Shown here one piece after another: positions 11,852 through 24,700 of a stretch of 64,000 nt of DNA. Source of the stretch: Lingula anatina (Eukaryota > Animalia > Brachiopoda); assembly GCA_051362555.1 (NCBI GenBank), contig CM120646.1:4774001-4838000 (forward strand), in the 5' to 3' direction. The first letter of the stretch is position 1, and every line of letters starts with the position of its first letter. A program made the position numbers and the translations under genes. The notes under the pieces were generated by a model that saw only the letters and a program-made list of their open reading frames with translations, made no database searches and was not told where the DNA came from.

Positions 11852-14800
11852 TCACTGCACTTGAAACGCGTATTGAGTTCCGACCAGACTGTTAAACGTG
11901 TTCTCCACCGGTCGTCTGGTCACCGTCACCCAGCGTCCGGCCATCAGATGGTCGTCAATTAATTCATCCCAGCTCCTGCCTTCATATTCATTGCCGAGTA
12001 GGTATTTACAAATGGTGTCGATCACCACGTATCCACCTGAAGGATACAAAAAACTGAACATCCATGGTTTTCTTGTTTTTGAAATATCTTTCCATTTTCT
12101 TTTTTAAAAAGGGGCTTTTTTATTTTGGCATCAGGTTATAGTACATATAAGTTGTCACTAAGATTTGTCAATAGATAGTAGTGAAATAGATTTGATAGGG
12201 CTTACTTTGGAGAAAAATAAGGGTGGAATTTTAAAAATATTGAAAAAAAGTTTTCTAAGGAACATGTATGATGTGGTAGATGGTTTTATATGTATTAGCT
12301 GTATATTTCCAAGGAAACAAATGATTGGAGATGATAGTATCCATATTATGAGAAAGTAAGTAGGACGCTTACCGGTGTATTTTTCTCCAATATATGCAAC
12401 CTGGCATTTCTTTAAAAAATTTAATCAAACTATACATTTGGAAATACATTTGGTCGCATTCAGTGTGGAAGCAAATACCCCTGGGTCTTGCTTATGAAAT
12501 AATCAGTCAATTGATTGCTGTTATGTTACACGATGCACATGTACAGGTAGGTTAATTCACAATAGTCGAGTGGCTTCCCTCCTCCATTTCTCCATCTTGC
12601 TCAGCTGACATGCCAATGTGGCAAACGTCAAACTGCCTTCTTTTTTACCTGATATTATACTATGTCATAAAACGGACAAAGTGACCTACCTGGTTTAACA
12701 ATACGAATGAATTCTGCAAAGCACCTTCCATCCATATGACCAGGAGCTACCGCTCCTGTCATTATGACCGCATCGTATGTGTCTAGTAATAAATAAATAG
12801 ATAAATAAACGAAGATTTATCCATAACCGTTCCCAGTGTTGCGTACGATAAATACTTAAAAGTCATAATAACTCTTCGTTTTGGCCAAAAATTGGATTTT
12901 CCTGGAAAAAACGGCAATTTTCCCGTACTTTTTTTGTTAAAATCGATTTTAACTGACGAAGCCCTCTCTGACATTGCATAGTCACTGGTGACCTACTTAA
13001 AACCGCGGGAAAAGCAGACAACAACAACACTAGGCCTATATAACAATAATATAAGATTCATGAGATATATTCGTCTTTTTGTTAAAAAAATGCATTTATA
13101 TCCACAATGTGTGCCATTCTGGGCTTTTCGTTATCCGACGCACTGTACAAAAACTCGCAACTTACGTCTGCGTCTGCATCAACGCGTTTCGCGCCATGTT
13201 ATTTTGGTCTCGAATGAACGCGAGAATCCGCGTGACACCCTTACGTCATTAGCAAAGGATGCCTTGACGACCGGGAAGAAAGGCATCGAAAGCCCTATTG
13301 ACAAGCACAGATTTTAGTTTTACTACAATAACGGCCGTTTTAGTGGTAAAATACAATAGAAAATATTTCCATGCGTTGTTTACAGTGTATTTCTTGCGGA
13401 ATTTTGAATCTCAAAGGAAGAGTTATTATTGCTTTAATTTAAGATTTTATCTTAAGATAGAGCTTAAATTCTAAAATGTATCATCTGAAATTGTCAGTTT
13501 AATATTGTTTTCATCGATATATAGTGTCAATGTATTTTTTAGTTTTGTAAATGATATGATTGCAAAACTTGAGTGATAACTCTAATTACGTTATTAATTC
13601 TTACGCTGAAGTTTACAATCGAGAATGTCAATTGTATTGAGTATTCCTTTTTGTTAATTCACGAAGACTGAATGAGTATTTAAGTTGATTATATTTGACA
13701 ATCAGTTTCCTTTCTTGCAAACACTTCATTGTTACATTATATTTTATTCCATCTGCAAATGCAGTGACACAATAAATATTAAGACTATTTAACAGGGGTT
13801 TCTTGTCAAAAAAAAAAAAACGTGTCTTAGACACATCTATGTGTGTATGTTTTTATACAATCCAATAAATTGACGATCATCTTTCAATGGGAGATTTGTC
13901 CAAATTAACTACATGTAATACTCCAGAGCGCTTTAAAGATATAATGTTTCAGCATGGTGACAGGTAACAAAATTTGACGCCTTTTGCCCATTTAGCCATT
14001 ATTTGCATTAAGTCTCTAGCTGGTATCAGAAGAAAATATATATTAGAATGTGAACATATGAAAAAATACTTACCATCAGGAATATCCAGCACCTTAGGAC
14101 CAAGACTCATACACATCACCTTTTTATAGATATTCTTCTGCTTGGCCTTTTCAAGCATTTTACTACATCTGTCGAAGGCATGGAGGTTGTAGAAACCACG
14201 CTTTGTCAGCTACAACATATAACATGTAGACAATTTTAACTCTGTTTCCCTGCTCAAACTGTGACGAACACTTTGGTCAAACTTGTGTCAAAAGTATCAT
14301 TAAAATATAATGTATCATTTCTGTCCAGTATCAAACGATATGCTGGTCAGGAACCAAAGAAATCTGGATATATGTTGATGAGTGTACAGTAATAACGTGA
14401 ATATGAACTTATAATAAACCGTATAATATATTGATAACCTGTCTGCTAAAATGCACCCTGAGCTTCAAGTTACACGATGAAGATAGGCTATAGTGAAGAG
14501 GTTAGTGTCAAGTTATCTCTGAAGCTCAGGGTGCTAAAATGTGGAGATACACTGCATTTCTGACTCAGACAAACAGATACAATCATCACCTCTATGCCCC
14601 CTAAACCGGTTCCGCAGGCGGCATCCAGAATAAGGGCGTCTTTGTTGTCCTTTAAGCAGTTTTCCATTTCGGATGCGCTGACACTTGGTTGAGTGTAGTT
14701 TAGAGTAATCATATCCTAGAAAAATTTAAACATATTCCCAAGTATAATAACAGTATCAAACCAAAGCATATTCATACCAAATAGTTTAATTGATAAATAT

Positions 14801-15182
14801 ATTTTTCATGTTGTACCCTAAACTCAGGGTAACACTTTTTTCTGACAAACGAGGTTACTGTTTTTAAGTGGATTATCTGAGGTTGGATTCTACTGAAAAT
14901 CATTTATCTAAAAAAAAAAAACAAGAGATAAAATGGGATGTTGAAAAAACATTTAACCAGTGAGGAAGGGCAAAAGTTTGTTAATACACTACGACAATAG
15001 CTAACCTTCAACGTCCATGGGTAAGCAAAGTATTACTAAAACCAAATCACGCAACATTTCACTTTTACCTTATCATATTCTTCTGCCCATTTTGTGTAAA
15101 CCTTGTCCACTCCCTCGCTGTCGGTACCTTGTTTCTCAAGCTCATCCAAGATTGGTAGAGACTGCTCCACTTGCCTGGCCAT
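11852..15182 (-). CDS. METTL27: METTL27/WBSCR27-like methyltransferase, copy 3 (217 aa, 5 exons)
   Basis: Exons 15182-15069, 14715-14590, 14209-14074, 12782-12690 and 12036-11852 have the same lengths as in copy 2. Motif ILDAACGTG is present. Confidence 0.9.
12860..13433. mobile_element. TTAA-flanked MITE (Kolobok/piggyBac-type) in intron 3 of copy 3
   Basis: Imperfect TIRs AAGTCATAATAACTCTTCGTTT / AAAGGAAGAGTTATTATTGCT, with TTAA on both sides. Absent from the paralogous introns. Confidence 0.7.
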
Positions 15183-15461
15183 ATTTTTCTCCGTGTGTTT
15201 ACGTTATAAAATCTGCGTAAGCATTATGCATAGTACAAATATAGGTCACAATCTGTGCATTCAACTCACGTACACAGCTGTCCGCTCCTTTGTGTGTATA
15301 ACCTTGGATACTACAGAGATTGTTCAAAAAACATTTAACACTCAGCCTTGAAAACTGTATGCCACAAAACACACCTGTTTTATTATTATTGCAATGTACA
15401 GCTTCAACCCACTCGAGTGCAATATTATCAACAAATAATAATAATAATAATAATAATAATA

Positions 15462-15493
<32 letters not shown>

Positions 15494-15811
15494 CACTCCT
15501 ACCCCATCAAAACAACAAACGTCTGCAAAACTGAAAAACATTGGACATTCTTAGGCTTAGGTGGTTTATCTAAGAAAACATATATTGGGTCGCGTGACCA
15601 CGGGGTAAAATGTGTTGTGGCATCGGATGGTATTGTGGTAGGTGAGATTGAGCTACTCTGTAAAATCAAATAAATGTGTTTTCAAACCATATATTAAAGA
15701 GATCCAAGCCAGGATTTTGAACACATTCAAAGTGTAAAAATTGTTCTTGTTGAACTTACCTGAGGACAGTTAAAACATGTACTGTCAGATGAATGGCTTT
15801 AATCGATAACC

Positions 15812-16040
15812 ATACACCCCATTTCCATAGATTTTTAGATCGATCTATCCCTGTGGGGAGTCTCACTAGATTACTGTCAGCTTGGCCGGCTTAAGCGTCT
15901 GTCCCGCCTACTAAAAGCTGTAAGGGAGTAATTAACTATGGTGCCCGCTCGGCTGACTGCAATTTAGCGTGAACCCCCAGGGAGTGAGGTCGATCTAAAT
16001 CTTAATCTTTAGATCGATCTAAATCTCTGGGAAAGCATCC
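15812..16040. mobile_element. Palindromic MITE upstream of copy 3
   Basis: TTTCCATAGATTTTTAGATCGATCT and AGATCGATCTAAATCTCTGGGAAA form inverted ends, with further internal inverted segments. Not present in the equivalent flank of copy 1. Confidence 0.65.
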
Positions 16041-16903
16041 ATAGTCACCGTTCTCTGTTCTTCGGTTGTCAGCCATCTTGACAGCTTGAAAATAACGCAG
16101 ATCACGGCACGATAGTCCCGCGATATCCGACAGTCGAGTGAATGGAATGAAAGAGGTGACTGAATAACAAGCGCTTGATCTTTTGCTTTATCTAAAATTG
16201 TTACAGAGTTAGGATGATTGACAGAAAAAGAAGGTTAAGTTGGGGGAAAGTCGTTTGCCCCTAGAAAATTGGTAAGATATGATTTTTTGGGCGGAAGGCT
16301 TAAAAGGCTTTAATTTTTCAGAGTGATTTCGAAATATTTTCATTCTTTCTTCCACCTTTAAGCTACGCCCTCAGAACAAAGCGAGTATAATCGATTGTTA
16401 TATCGTAAGAATGTAGGAGAATTTATTAGCACCTCCATCCTGGAAATCTCAAACCTTTTAAGTAAAACAATAAATATGGAAGGAGAACTTTATATTTATT
16501 GATTTTTTTACCAAATTTGTAATCTTAACATCTACATGTACCTCATGACCACTATTAAACAGTCAAATAATTTCGCTCGTTATTCATCGGCAAACCAAAG
16601 AAAAGAGGAACTTTACTGTTTTAAGTAAACAAAGTCGCCACCCCAATGTCCGTTCACTCTGCTCAAATTGCATTTGCCTAACGTTTTCAATAATGCAGAA
16701 TCAAGCAGCTCACGCTGAACATAAAGCATTCGATTTAATCGAGTTACACAAATATTTGCGCAAGACGTGGCCAATCCGTTGTATCGTTTTAGCAACATTG
16801 TAAAGTATCTGGTGTGAGTGGGTGCCCTTGCCGTGTCAAATATCTCGTAATGACCAAAGATACTCTCTGCCTGTCGGCCACCTAGCGTGTTGGTTTTGAA
16901 GTA

Positions 16904-17094
16904 CAGTAGACTCCGCATAATTGGGACATTTTGGGGACCTGGGAATTGTTTGAATTACTTACTGAAAGAAACCAGTTAGGCATTGTTTATATCAATTTCT
17001 TCAGGGTAATTATTAGTATTTCAGAAAAAATTATACCACATGAATTATTCAAGATAAACAGTCATTCGAGTTCTAAGGTGACGAGGGTCTACTG
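16904..17094. mobile_element. Tc1/mariner (pogo/Tigger-like) MITE
   Basis: TA|CAGTAGACTC ... GGGTCTACTG|TA ends with a TA target duplication. Confidence 0.6.
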
Positions 17095-18754
17095 TAGGTA
17101 GCGTAGTAGACAACATCATAATTTTAGATGTATATAAATTTATTCCATATATAAATATATTTGTTCACAGAAAGCTAGTTGAATGCATCAGTCTAGAGAA
17201 ATAGAAAATTCTACAATAGGAAACTCCCCTAGACTTGTGGAAATTGTCAACTGTCTGCGGTGTTATGAACTAAGAATGAAAAAAAATCATATTACTCTAT
17301 CAGTTTATTAAGTGTTCCGCATAGTAAGAAGAAAAAGGGGGTTTGATCACACTCCAAGTGACGGTGTTTAGCATTTCTGACGTAAAAGTTTCTGAAAAAA
17401 ATCTTACTAAAACTAAAATAAATGTTAGCGAAAATAAAATTTGATATTTTAAGTCAAAGTCTGTATCAGTGTAAAAAAAAAAAGAAAAAGAAAATAGCAT
17501 TATTATTCTTACTTCTTTTGCAACTTTTTAATCACTCAAAAAATTCTACATGCATGAATATTGGAGGACAAGAAAATTCAATACAAGTGAACAATTGAGT
17601 CATAATTATTTCCCGGTAGATTGTCTCCGACCATGCGCTCCGTGTCGTTACAAAAAAGTAAAGTATGTAGTTTTACATTAATCCTGAAGGTAGCAAAACG
17701 CATTTTCCCTCCGGCACCCTCGGATTAAAAAGCAATAATATGTAAATGTTGAGCAAATCTGTTGAAAGTCAGCAGCGCATGACGGAAATCATCACCGTGT
17801 GATTTAAACATGTGTATTTAAGCAAACATTAGCAGAATAGGATGTGCATGGACTGATTTGGAAAACTAAATCGCCAGAACTCACATTTTGGTTTTGCTAA
17901 AATGTCCCTTTAGCTGGGAGTTTAACATAGGTAAACACTACGGTACTTGGTACGCTCACTGCAAACTATTTCCCTTAAGCGTTTTACCCAAATAATCAAA
18001 ATAATAATTTTATAACAAAAAGACACCTGTATTGTTTAACAACAACATAATTAATTGTATTGACTTATCATGTAAAAACGAATACAGTCCAGCAGATGCA
18101 ATGACTTATACATTTATTAGTCTATATGTACATACCACACAAAAAAAGTGTTCCATGCCTTGGTTCAAATAAATGCCCGCTATAACATTGGATACATATA
18201 TTCATTGTCATCATCTAGGAACAGAGAAATTAAATTAAAAGCTTACTTAAAGAAATTAGAGCTTAATTAAAAAATTCAAATCGTAAAAAATGATGAAACC
18301 CTCCAATAAAAGAGCAGTGTGGACAAAAATGTACCGGCCACATATTAACAGTGGCTAACTGGTGGTCACGGTGATCCATGCACGTGCAGCTTGACCTGCT
18401 GTGACCTTTATCAGCTAGTCTTGCGTGACAAATGTCCACAAATATCCCTGTAATCAAACTTTGTCCATGAAGAAATGATACTCTCCGTGCAATAGAGAAA
18501 CGCGTTCGAGATTAAAGAATGGAAGACTGTTATAAATTCGAAGGATCCAATTTTCATTTCATGAAGACCGGATTTCACCCATTCGAGCCTCAGAGGTACA
18601 TCTTCTTAAGGAAGCCACCCGTTGAGCAGCGCCGCATTCCAGCGTTAGATCCAGCGCCTAGACACCGCGCGGTAACAGCGTAGAAACCACTGGGTGATTC
18701 ACCATCTTTCTTCCTTACCACTAGTACCGCTATTACCCGGCTATCGCGACATCA

Positions 18755-21700
18755 ATGGACGACTGCAGCGTGTTCGAGACAAGCGCCGGGCAACCGTCTG
18801 TCGTCTCCCCTGTGACTGTCACCAACGCCACACAGAGCGTTGACACGGGCGTAGGTGAGCATTTGCTATTTAAATCTTGAACTAGGCAAGGAGAATGACG
18901 CAAATGTTTTGAATATAATTATAAATATTATTATGTGACGCTCTGTTATAATGCGCTCTACCCCGAGGTGTTGATTTGGTCCAGTTTGTGCTGCAGTTCA
19001 TTAAGTTTTTTGAAAATGCTGCGGTGAAAGTCAATCTTAACTGGGGGAGTTTGCAAACGCCATCACTAGAATACGCCGTGGGGTCGACTGAGGTTGTTGA
19101 ATTTCTGTTTACAGGTACAAGGTTATTAGTAAATAATCAACGTTTAAGTCAGCATTCCGTCAGCATTTAGAGATTTTATAAAAAAATAATGATCTTCTTA
19201 TAAAGCATCGTTTGAAATTCTTGTCCGTTGCAGTTTTATTGTTTGTACACATACGTGACAGAATCTCCAGCAGGAGAAAATTTTCAAAGGAACTCTAACA
19301 AAATGTTTTCATGCAGCGTTCACCCTCTTAAGGAGAATTTTATTCATCGAAAATAAAAAACAGTTTAACTGTGTGCAATTATTCCCAATGCCACTTTACC
19401 GAAATGTAACAAATTTTCAAAATAAGAGATTTATCTAAATAGTTTATCTAAATATTTATCTAAATATTTTTAATAATAATTCTAAATAAATTATGATTAT
19501 TACTTGCATGTTTTCATAAAATATAAAGTGGCATGACTTCATAGTTTTGTTTTTCACGTCAACTCCAAAGTTAGAATTTCCGGAATAATTCTTATCATAT
19601 ATTTGTGATTAAAAAGTAAAAGAATTGACTCATATAAATGTTTTAAGCTGGCCCAGCTACAGCATAACAAGGCTCGAGTTTAAGCGTGTCAACAAAAATC
19701 AAATAGTTTATGAATAATGTATTAACATGGGCATAATCGGGTTAAGACTTTTTCGAAAGATATATATAAGAAATATTTTTTATGTATGGAGTCTGAACAA
19801 ATTCCATACTGACTAATAAAATTTTCAATAAAATAAATAAATGAAAATGAATAAGTGACTGCATACAAATTTTGTAGTGAATAATATTGCAATTAAATTT
19901 GCCTGGTGACATCGACTATTTTCTTAACGGTCACCCACTATCAATTTCAGAACGTTCCGTTCTTCACTAGGCCACGGTTGAGAGAAATATGATGCGTGAG
20001 TTTGCGTTTGTTATCTAAATACTGTACTTATAACAAAAGAAAAAGAAAAAGAAAAATGAAACACGTCCGTGTGGACATTTTTCACAGACAATTTCATAAT
20101 TTATTTAAAAGTAATTATGTCAGTGACAGTTATTTTTTACTGTGAAAATGAAAAATGTCAATATTCATATAAAAGTCTATGAACGCTTGATACTTTGACA
20201 GTTTTGTTCTGAGTTTCAGTTGTGTACTGTAAATACTATGTGCAGTTACATATGCACCCAAATGTAGAAAACTTTCCATTATTGATTCTCTGAAAAAACA
20301 ATATATGTGATTTTACTCTAAATTGAAGGTATCACGAGCAAAAAGTAGGTTATGCCTTGTTTTAGAATAAGAAAAAAATCACCAAAAAAGGAGAGAAGAA
20401 AGAACGATAAGAGAAAAAGAGAAGAAAAATTAAAAACTCAAACGTGAACGCAAAATAATATTCGATAACATACATATAAAAAAAACAGTTTGTTATCAAT
20501 TTCTCTTCATATCCCATTTTCATAAGATGTGCATTTTCAAGGATATTGCTATTCAGGCTTTGACATTTTAACCGTAATTTTCAAATGAAAAATATAAATG
20601 TAATATTTTCGCCCCTTTGTTTATTTTATTAATGATTTAGACAAATATCCGTAGTGTATTTTTTGGTTTGAAACTCGATAAAAGTGTTGAGATAATCGTT
20701 GAAAGCAATTAAACTTTTTGTTACTCCAAGAAAATTAATTAAAATATGTCTCTAAGTTCACACATAGATTGTCTTGAACTTCACGATGTTTTCAAAATAA
20801 CACTGGTCGGGACTCCTCATTCAATTAGCATTGGGCACAGGTGAGCTTAATAAAATTATACAAGAGTAGTGTAACGTTTAAACGTATTAAAAAACCATCT
20901 CCTTTATTTATGAATTGTCCTCATTTAAACAAATCAGTGTATGTTTCTCGTGAGTTATCAAGGGCTCCATTAAATACCTATCATCACACAGGATTGACTA
21001 TGTTAATCTTAACACTGCGCTCTATGAAATAGTTTCGCACTCATAAAATTATCATTATATACTTTAGATTGACCGCATGGTAATTTGTTGTGTTTTATTA
21101 CATATAGGCTTATTATTATTCGTGTGAGAGCAATCCTGTTACGTCCTTTTTTCCTAAAAGTGACTCCAATATCTGCACTAAAACACCAAAGATAACTCGA
21201 GGTCAACAATGATTTCGCGTCCTCTTTCTAATTAAAAATCGGTCCTCGGGCCCTTCCTTTCATCGTGTTTTCCTTGTAAACCACCTCTTCTGAATATTGA
21301 ACTACTTATTAGCATTTTGTTATGAAATTATGAGCGGGCGTGACGGCCAGAATAGACAGGTGGTTTGTGAACTACAATAGTGAAAAGAGGATTTATTTGT
21401 TCATACATAAAAATAGGATAAAGATTTATAATCGCGTTGTGCGGGCTAGGTGTATAGAGTCTTTATATTATTATATTATATTGTGCTCGTCAGTGCTAGG
21501 GAGGAATATGAGAGTAATTCCTTCAATGAATTATAAAAATTGACAATATTATATACCTTTAAGGTAAAACATTTTTCAGTTAAAAATCTGAAAATATAAA
21601 TATTCATACCAAACAATCATCCAGCAGCAAATTATGTTCATAAACCCCGTAACATTTGAATCAAAAAAGTCTAACATCTAGAAAAGATTACATTTGTAAT

Positions 21701-24700
21701 TTCGTTTACTAGGATTTTATTGAAACGGATTTAAGGCGCAGGATTCAAGTGACAGACCTGATAGAAATTGAGGTTTATCGTAAATAATAATAATAATAAT
21801 AATAATAAATCATGCAAGGGGTTCCCCTATCATCAAACACAAGAACGTCCCCAGGTAAGAGGCAACTTAACCTGGTGCTAAGTTAAACTGTGTTTCGAAA
21901 GACAGATAAAATATGAAAATGTTCTTCAGATGCACGTCTTTAAAATGCCTTTTGACCTCATATAAACTACCTTTATTTTTGCGTGGCTGACACCAAAGTC
22001 ACTTCAATAACTATGGATTGATACGACCTAGAGAAAATATTAAGGTCCCATCTTGGCTCTATGTTAAATAAGCATTGAGGTGGCTCTGTTATTTCAAATT
22101 ATGTCCCAAAATGTCGTGCCCGCTGGCCCTAGAACAGCAATGGTGTGCGTCAGAATCATGTTGACTTTACTGCAGGATTAAATAGAGCGTGCTCTGTCTC
22201 GCGCTCGCCATGCCCGCTGGGTTTAAACAATGAAAAACACCTCTAATTGAATCTGATACCAACTTGAAAGGCTCAAGTGTTGCGGGTTAAATTCATGCAA
22301 TATTAGACAGGTAAAACAGAGAAATAGCCCAGAAGCCTGTAAGTCTTTGAAGTCGACCTCGAACTGTGTAAAATGAAAATAACATTCACCAAATTAAAGA
22401 AAAGTCCCTTTCCTTTCGTCTCGCTAGACATTTGTTTGGAATAATTGTTCCATGTCATATTGGAAGGTTATTCACAATGATAATTTCATGAAGCGTTTAA
22501 TACGTGGTGGATTTATATACAGCGTGTTACAGTAGGACGGTTTACAATCTCACTGGTACATTTTGCGTTCCCTAAATTTACAAGGACATCTGCAGTGGGA
22601 GAATTCTGTTGTCATTTAGCTGCATATATTTTATATGTTCAATTTCTAGCTGCGTATATGCTCACGGGCATTTAGTGGCGCCAAAATATCCCTCAATTAC
22701 CCAATTAGTGCCTTCCCTATATTACTGAACCTAAACCTCATTTAAACAGCACCAGAAAGACATAAGATTAACATATAGCATGTCCTTAACAGATTGATCG
22801 TGTATTTGTGTATTTTCCTGTATGTTCCCAATAGACTTTTGAAACCCTGGAAGTATCGCTTGGAAGGACCACAAGAGGAGTACTCGACATTGGAAAATAA
22901 GGAAAAAAGCTGAATTACCGTTTTTTATGATATTCGAAAAATTTTGATACCTATTTCGTTCTTCATGCGAAACTCTATATTTCAAAATAAGAAAATTATA
23001 TATTAGTATGAACATATGGATCAAAACAAACAAATCAAAGTAAATATACAGAGAAACTAGAGTCGAAACTAAAATTATATTCTGAACTTGGATCTTGTAG
23101 ACAAGTATTTTTTTTAGTTAAATAAGAATATCCAGTATGTTTCACAAAAATAAAAAATAGTTAATTAAATAAATAAAATAAACTAATTATAAATAAAAGA
23201 AACTAAGTTCGACTGCTGTTATATTCTATTGAACTACTACATACAAACAAATCTAAACGTTTTTCCTAAAACTTAAGATCAAGGTGCGACATAAGCTCTT
23301 TTCTAAACGGGAGCAGGGAAGCGTAAAGCAGGGATTTGTTTCACAATGCAACCCGAAATATGATGTAGACTTTTAGACCAAAAAAGGGTGTTCCTCTTAT
23401 AAATATATACTATCTTACTTAAGTAAAGTATTTAGTTTGAAATATTATTCTGCCTGCTCATAACGCAGGCGCAATATTTCAATTGAGTGGACCACGCATG
23501 CGCCACTGCTTTATCTTGGGCCAAAATAGACTAACATTTGGTCAAAAAGTTCAGGGCAATTTTTTCAAACAGACCCCGAGGTATCCTACATTCGCATGGC
23601 CATACAGTCCGCTGAGAAAGAGTTATGTCTGCCTTGAGTAGGACATTTGAGGTCTGCTCTATTCCTAATTCATTGGGCTCATCCACGACCTTAACAACAT
23701 TACGGTTTTACAGTCAGGTAGTAATGGCCCGAGATGTTGAAGCAGGTGTTCGTGCTCGTTAAGTCAATGGAGGCATTATGTAGAGGTGCTCGTTTAAAGA
23801 ACTTTGTCACAGCTGAGAATGTATTTAAGTCTGACGGAAATGCCTGAGCGCAAATCACCATACTTGTCTAAGCCTACCTGGACTATTGCGTGAATTGGCG
23901 AACATTTATGAAAAGTTGCATGTTATGGAAACGCAAATGCTTCTATTAGCTAAATGTTTAAAGACTCAAGATTCAAAATCCCTTAAAACAATATGTAACA
24001 TGTTTACATAAGTGACTAAAATTTTAATATTGATTATATTTGTGGACAAAGCTTGTTTCTTTAAAGCCGTAAAATCTGTTCATAGTAAATGACAGGTGTG
24101 TCTTTATCAAGTAAAACATTAGTTATTCAATTTCTTGAATTATGAGGAATCCAATTTGTTGTGTCGATAACATACCAATGATACATATTTTGATAGTTTT
24201 ACATTTATACAAAATAGTACTGCTAGAAGCGTTTCGCCTCCGTTTCATTGAATAAACTTTGTTTTAACAAAAATTTAAAAAAAATGATACCTTATGTCTC
24301 TCTTAATCATACAAAAAAGTGGATGTGTAATGCCTTATCTCTTTTTTTAAACAGGTAAGACATCAACATCGTTCATAAGAATTATACAAGTTAAACGTTA
24401 AATTAAATATTGTTGTAAGAGATTCATTTTTGAAGAATATTAACGAAAATTAAACTGTTCCGTTGCACGAATATTTTCACATCTGATGCTAAAGATGTGA
24501 TTAACTGTTTTCCTTTCGGATCTCTTAAAGTTTATTTTATTTCAATACAGGTCCCAATTCTTTATCCCTCAACGTATAGATTCACTGATTACAAACGCTG
24601 GCCTCGTCTTTAACTGATTTATGTCACCACATTAACCACCCAGGGCATCAGGGACAATCATTTCCCCTTTAATGTGCACAAAATTTGTAAAAGGATTATT

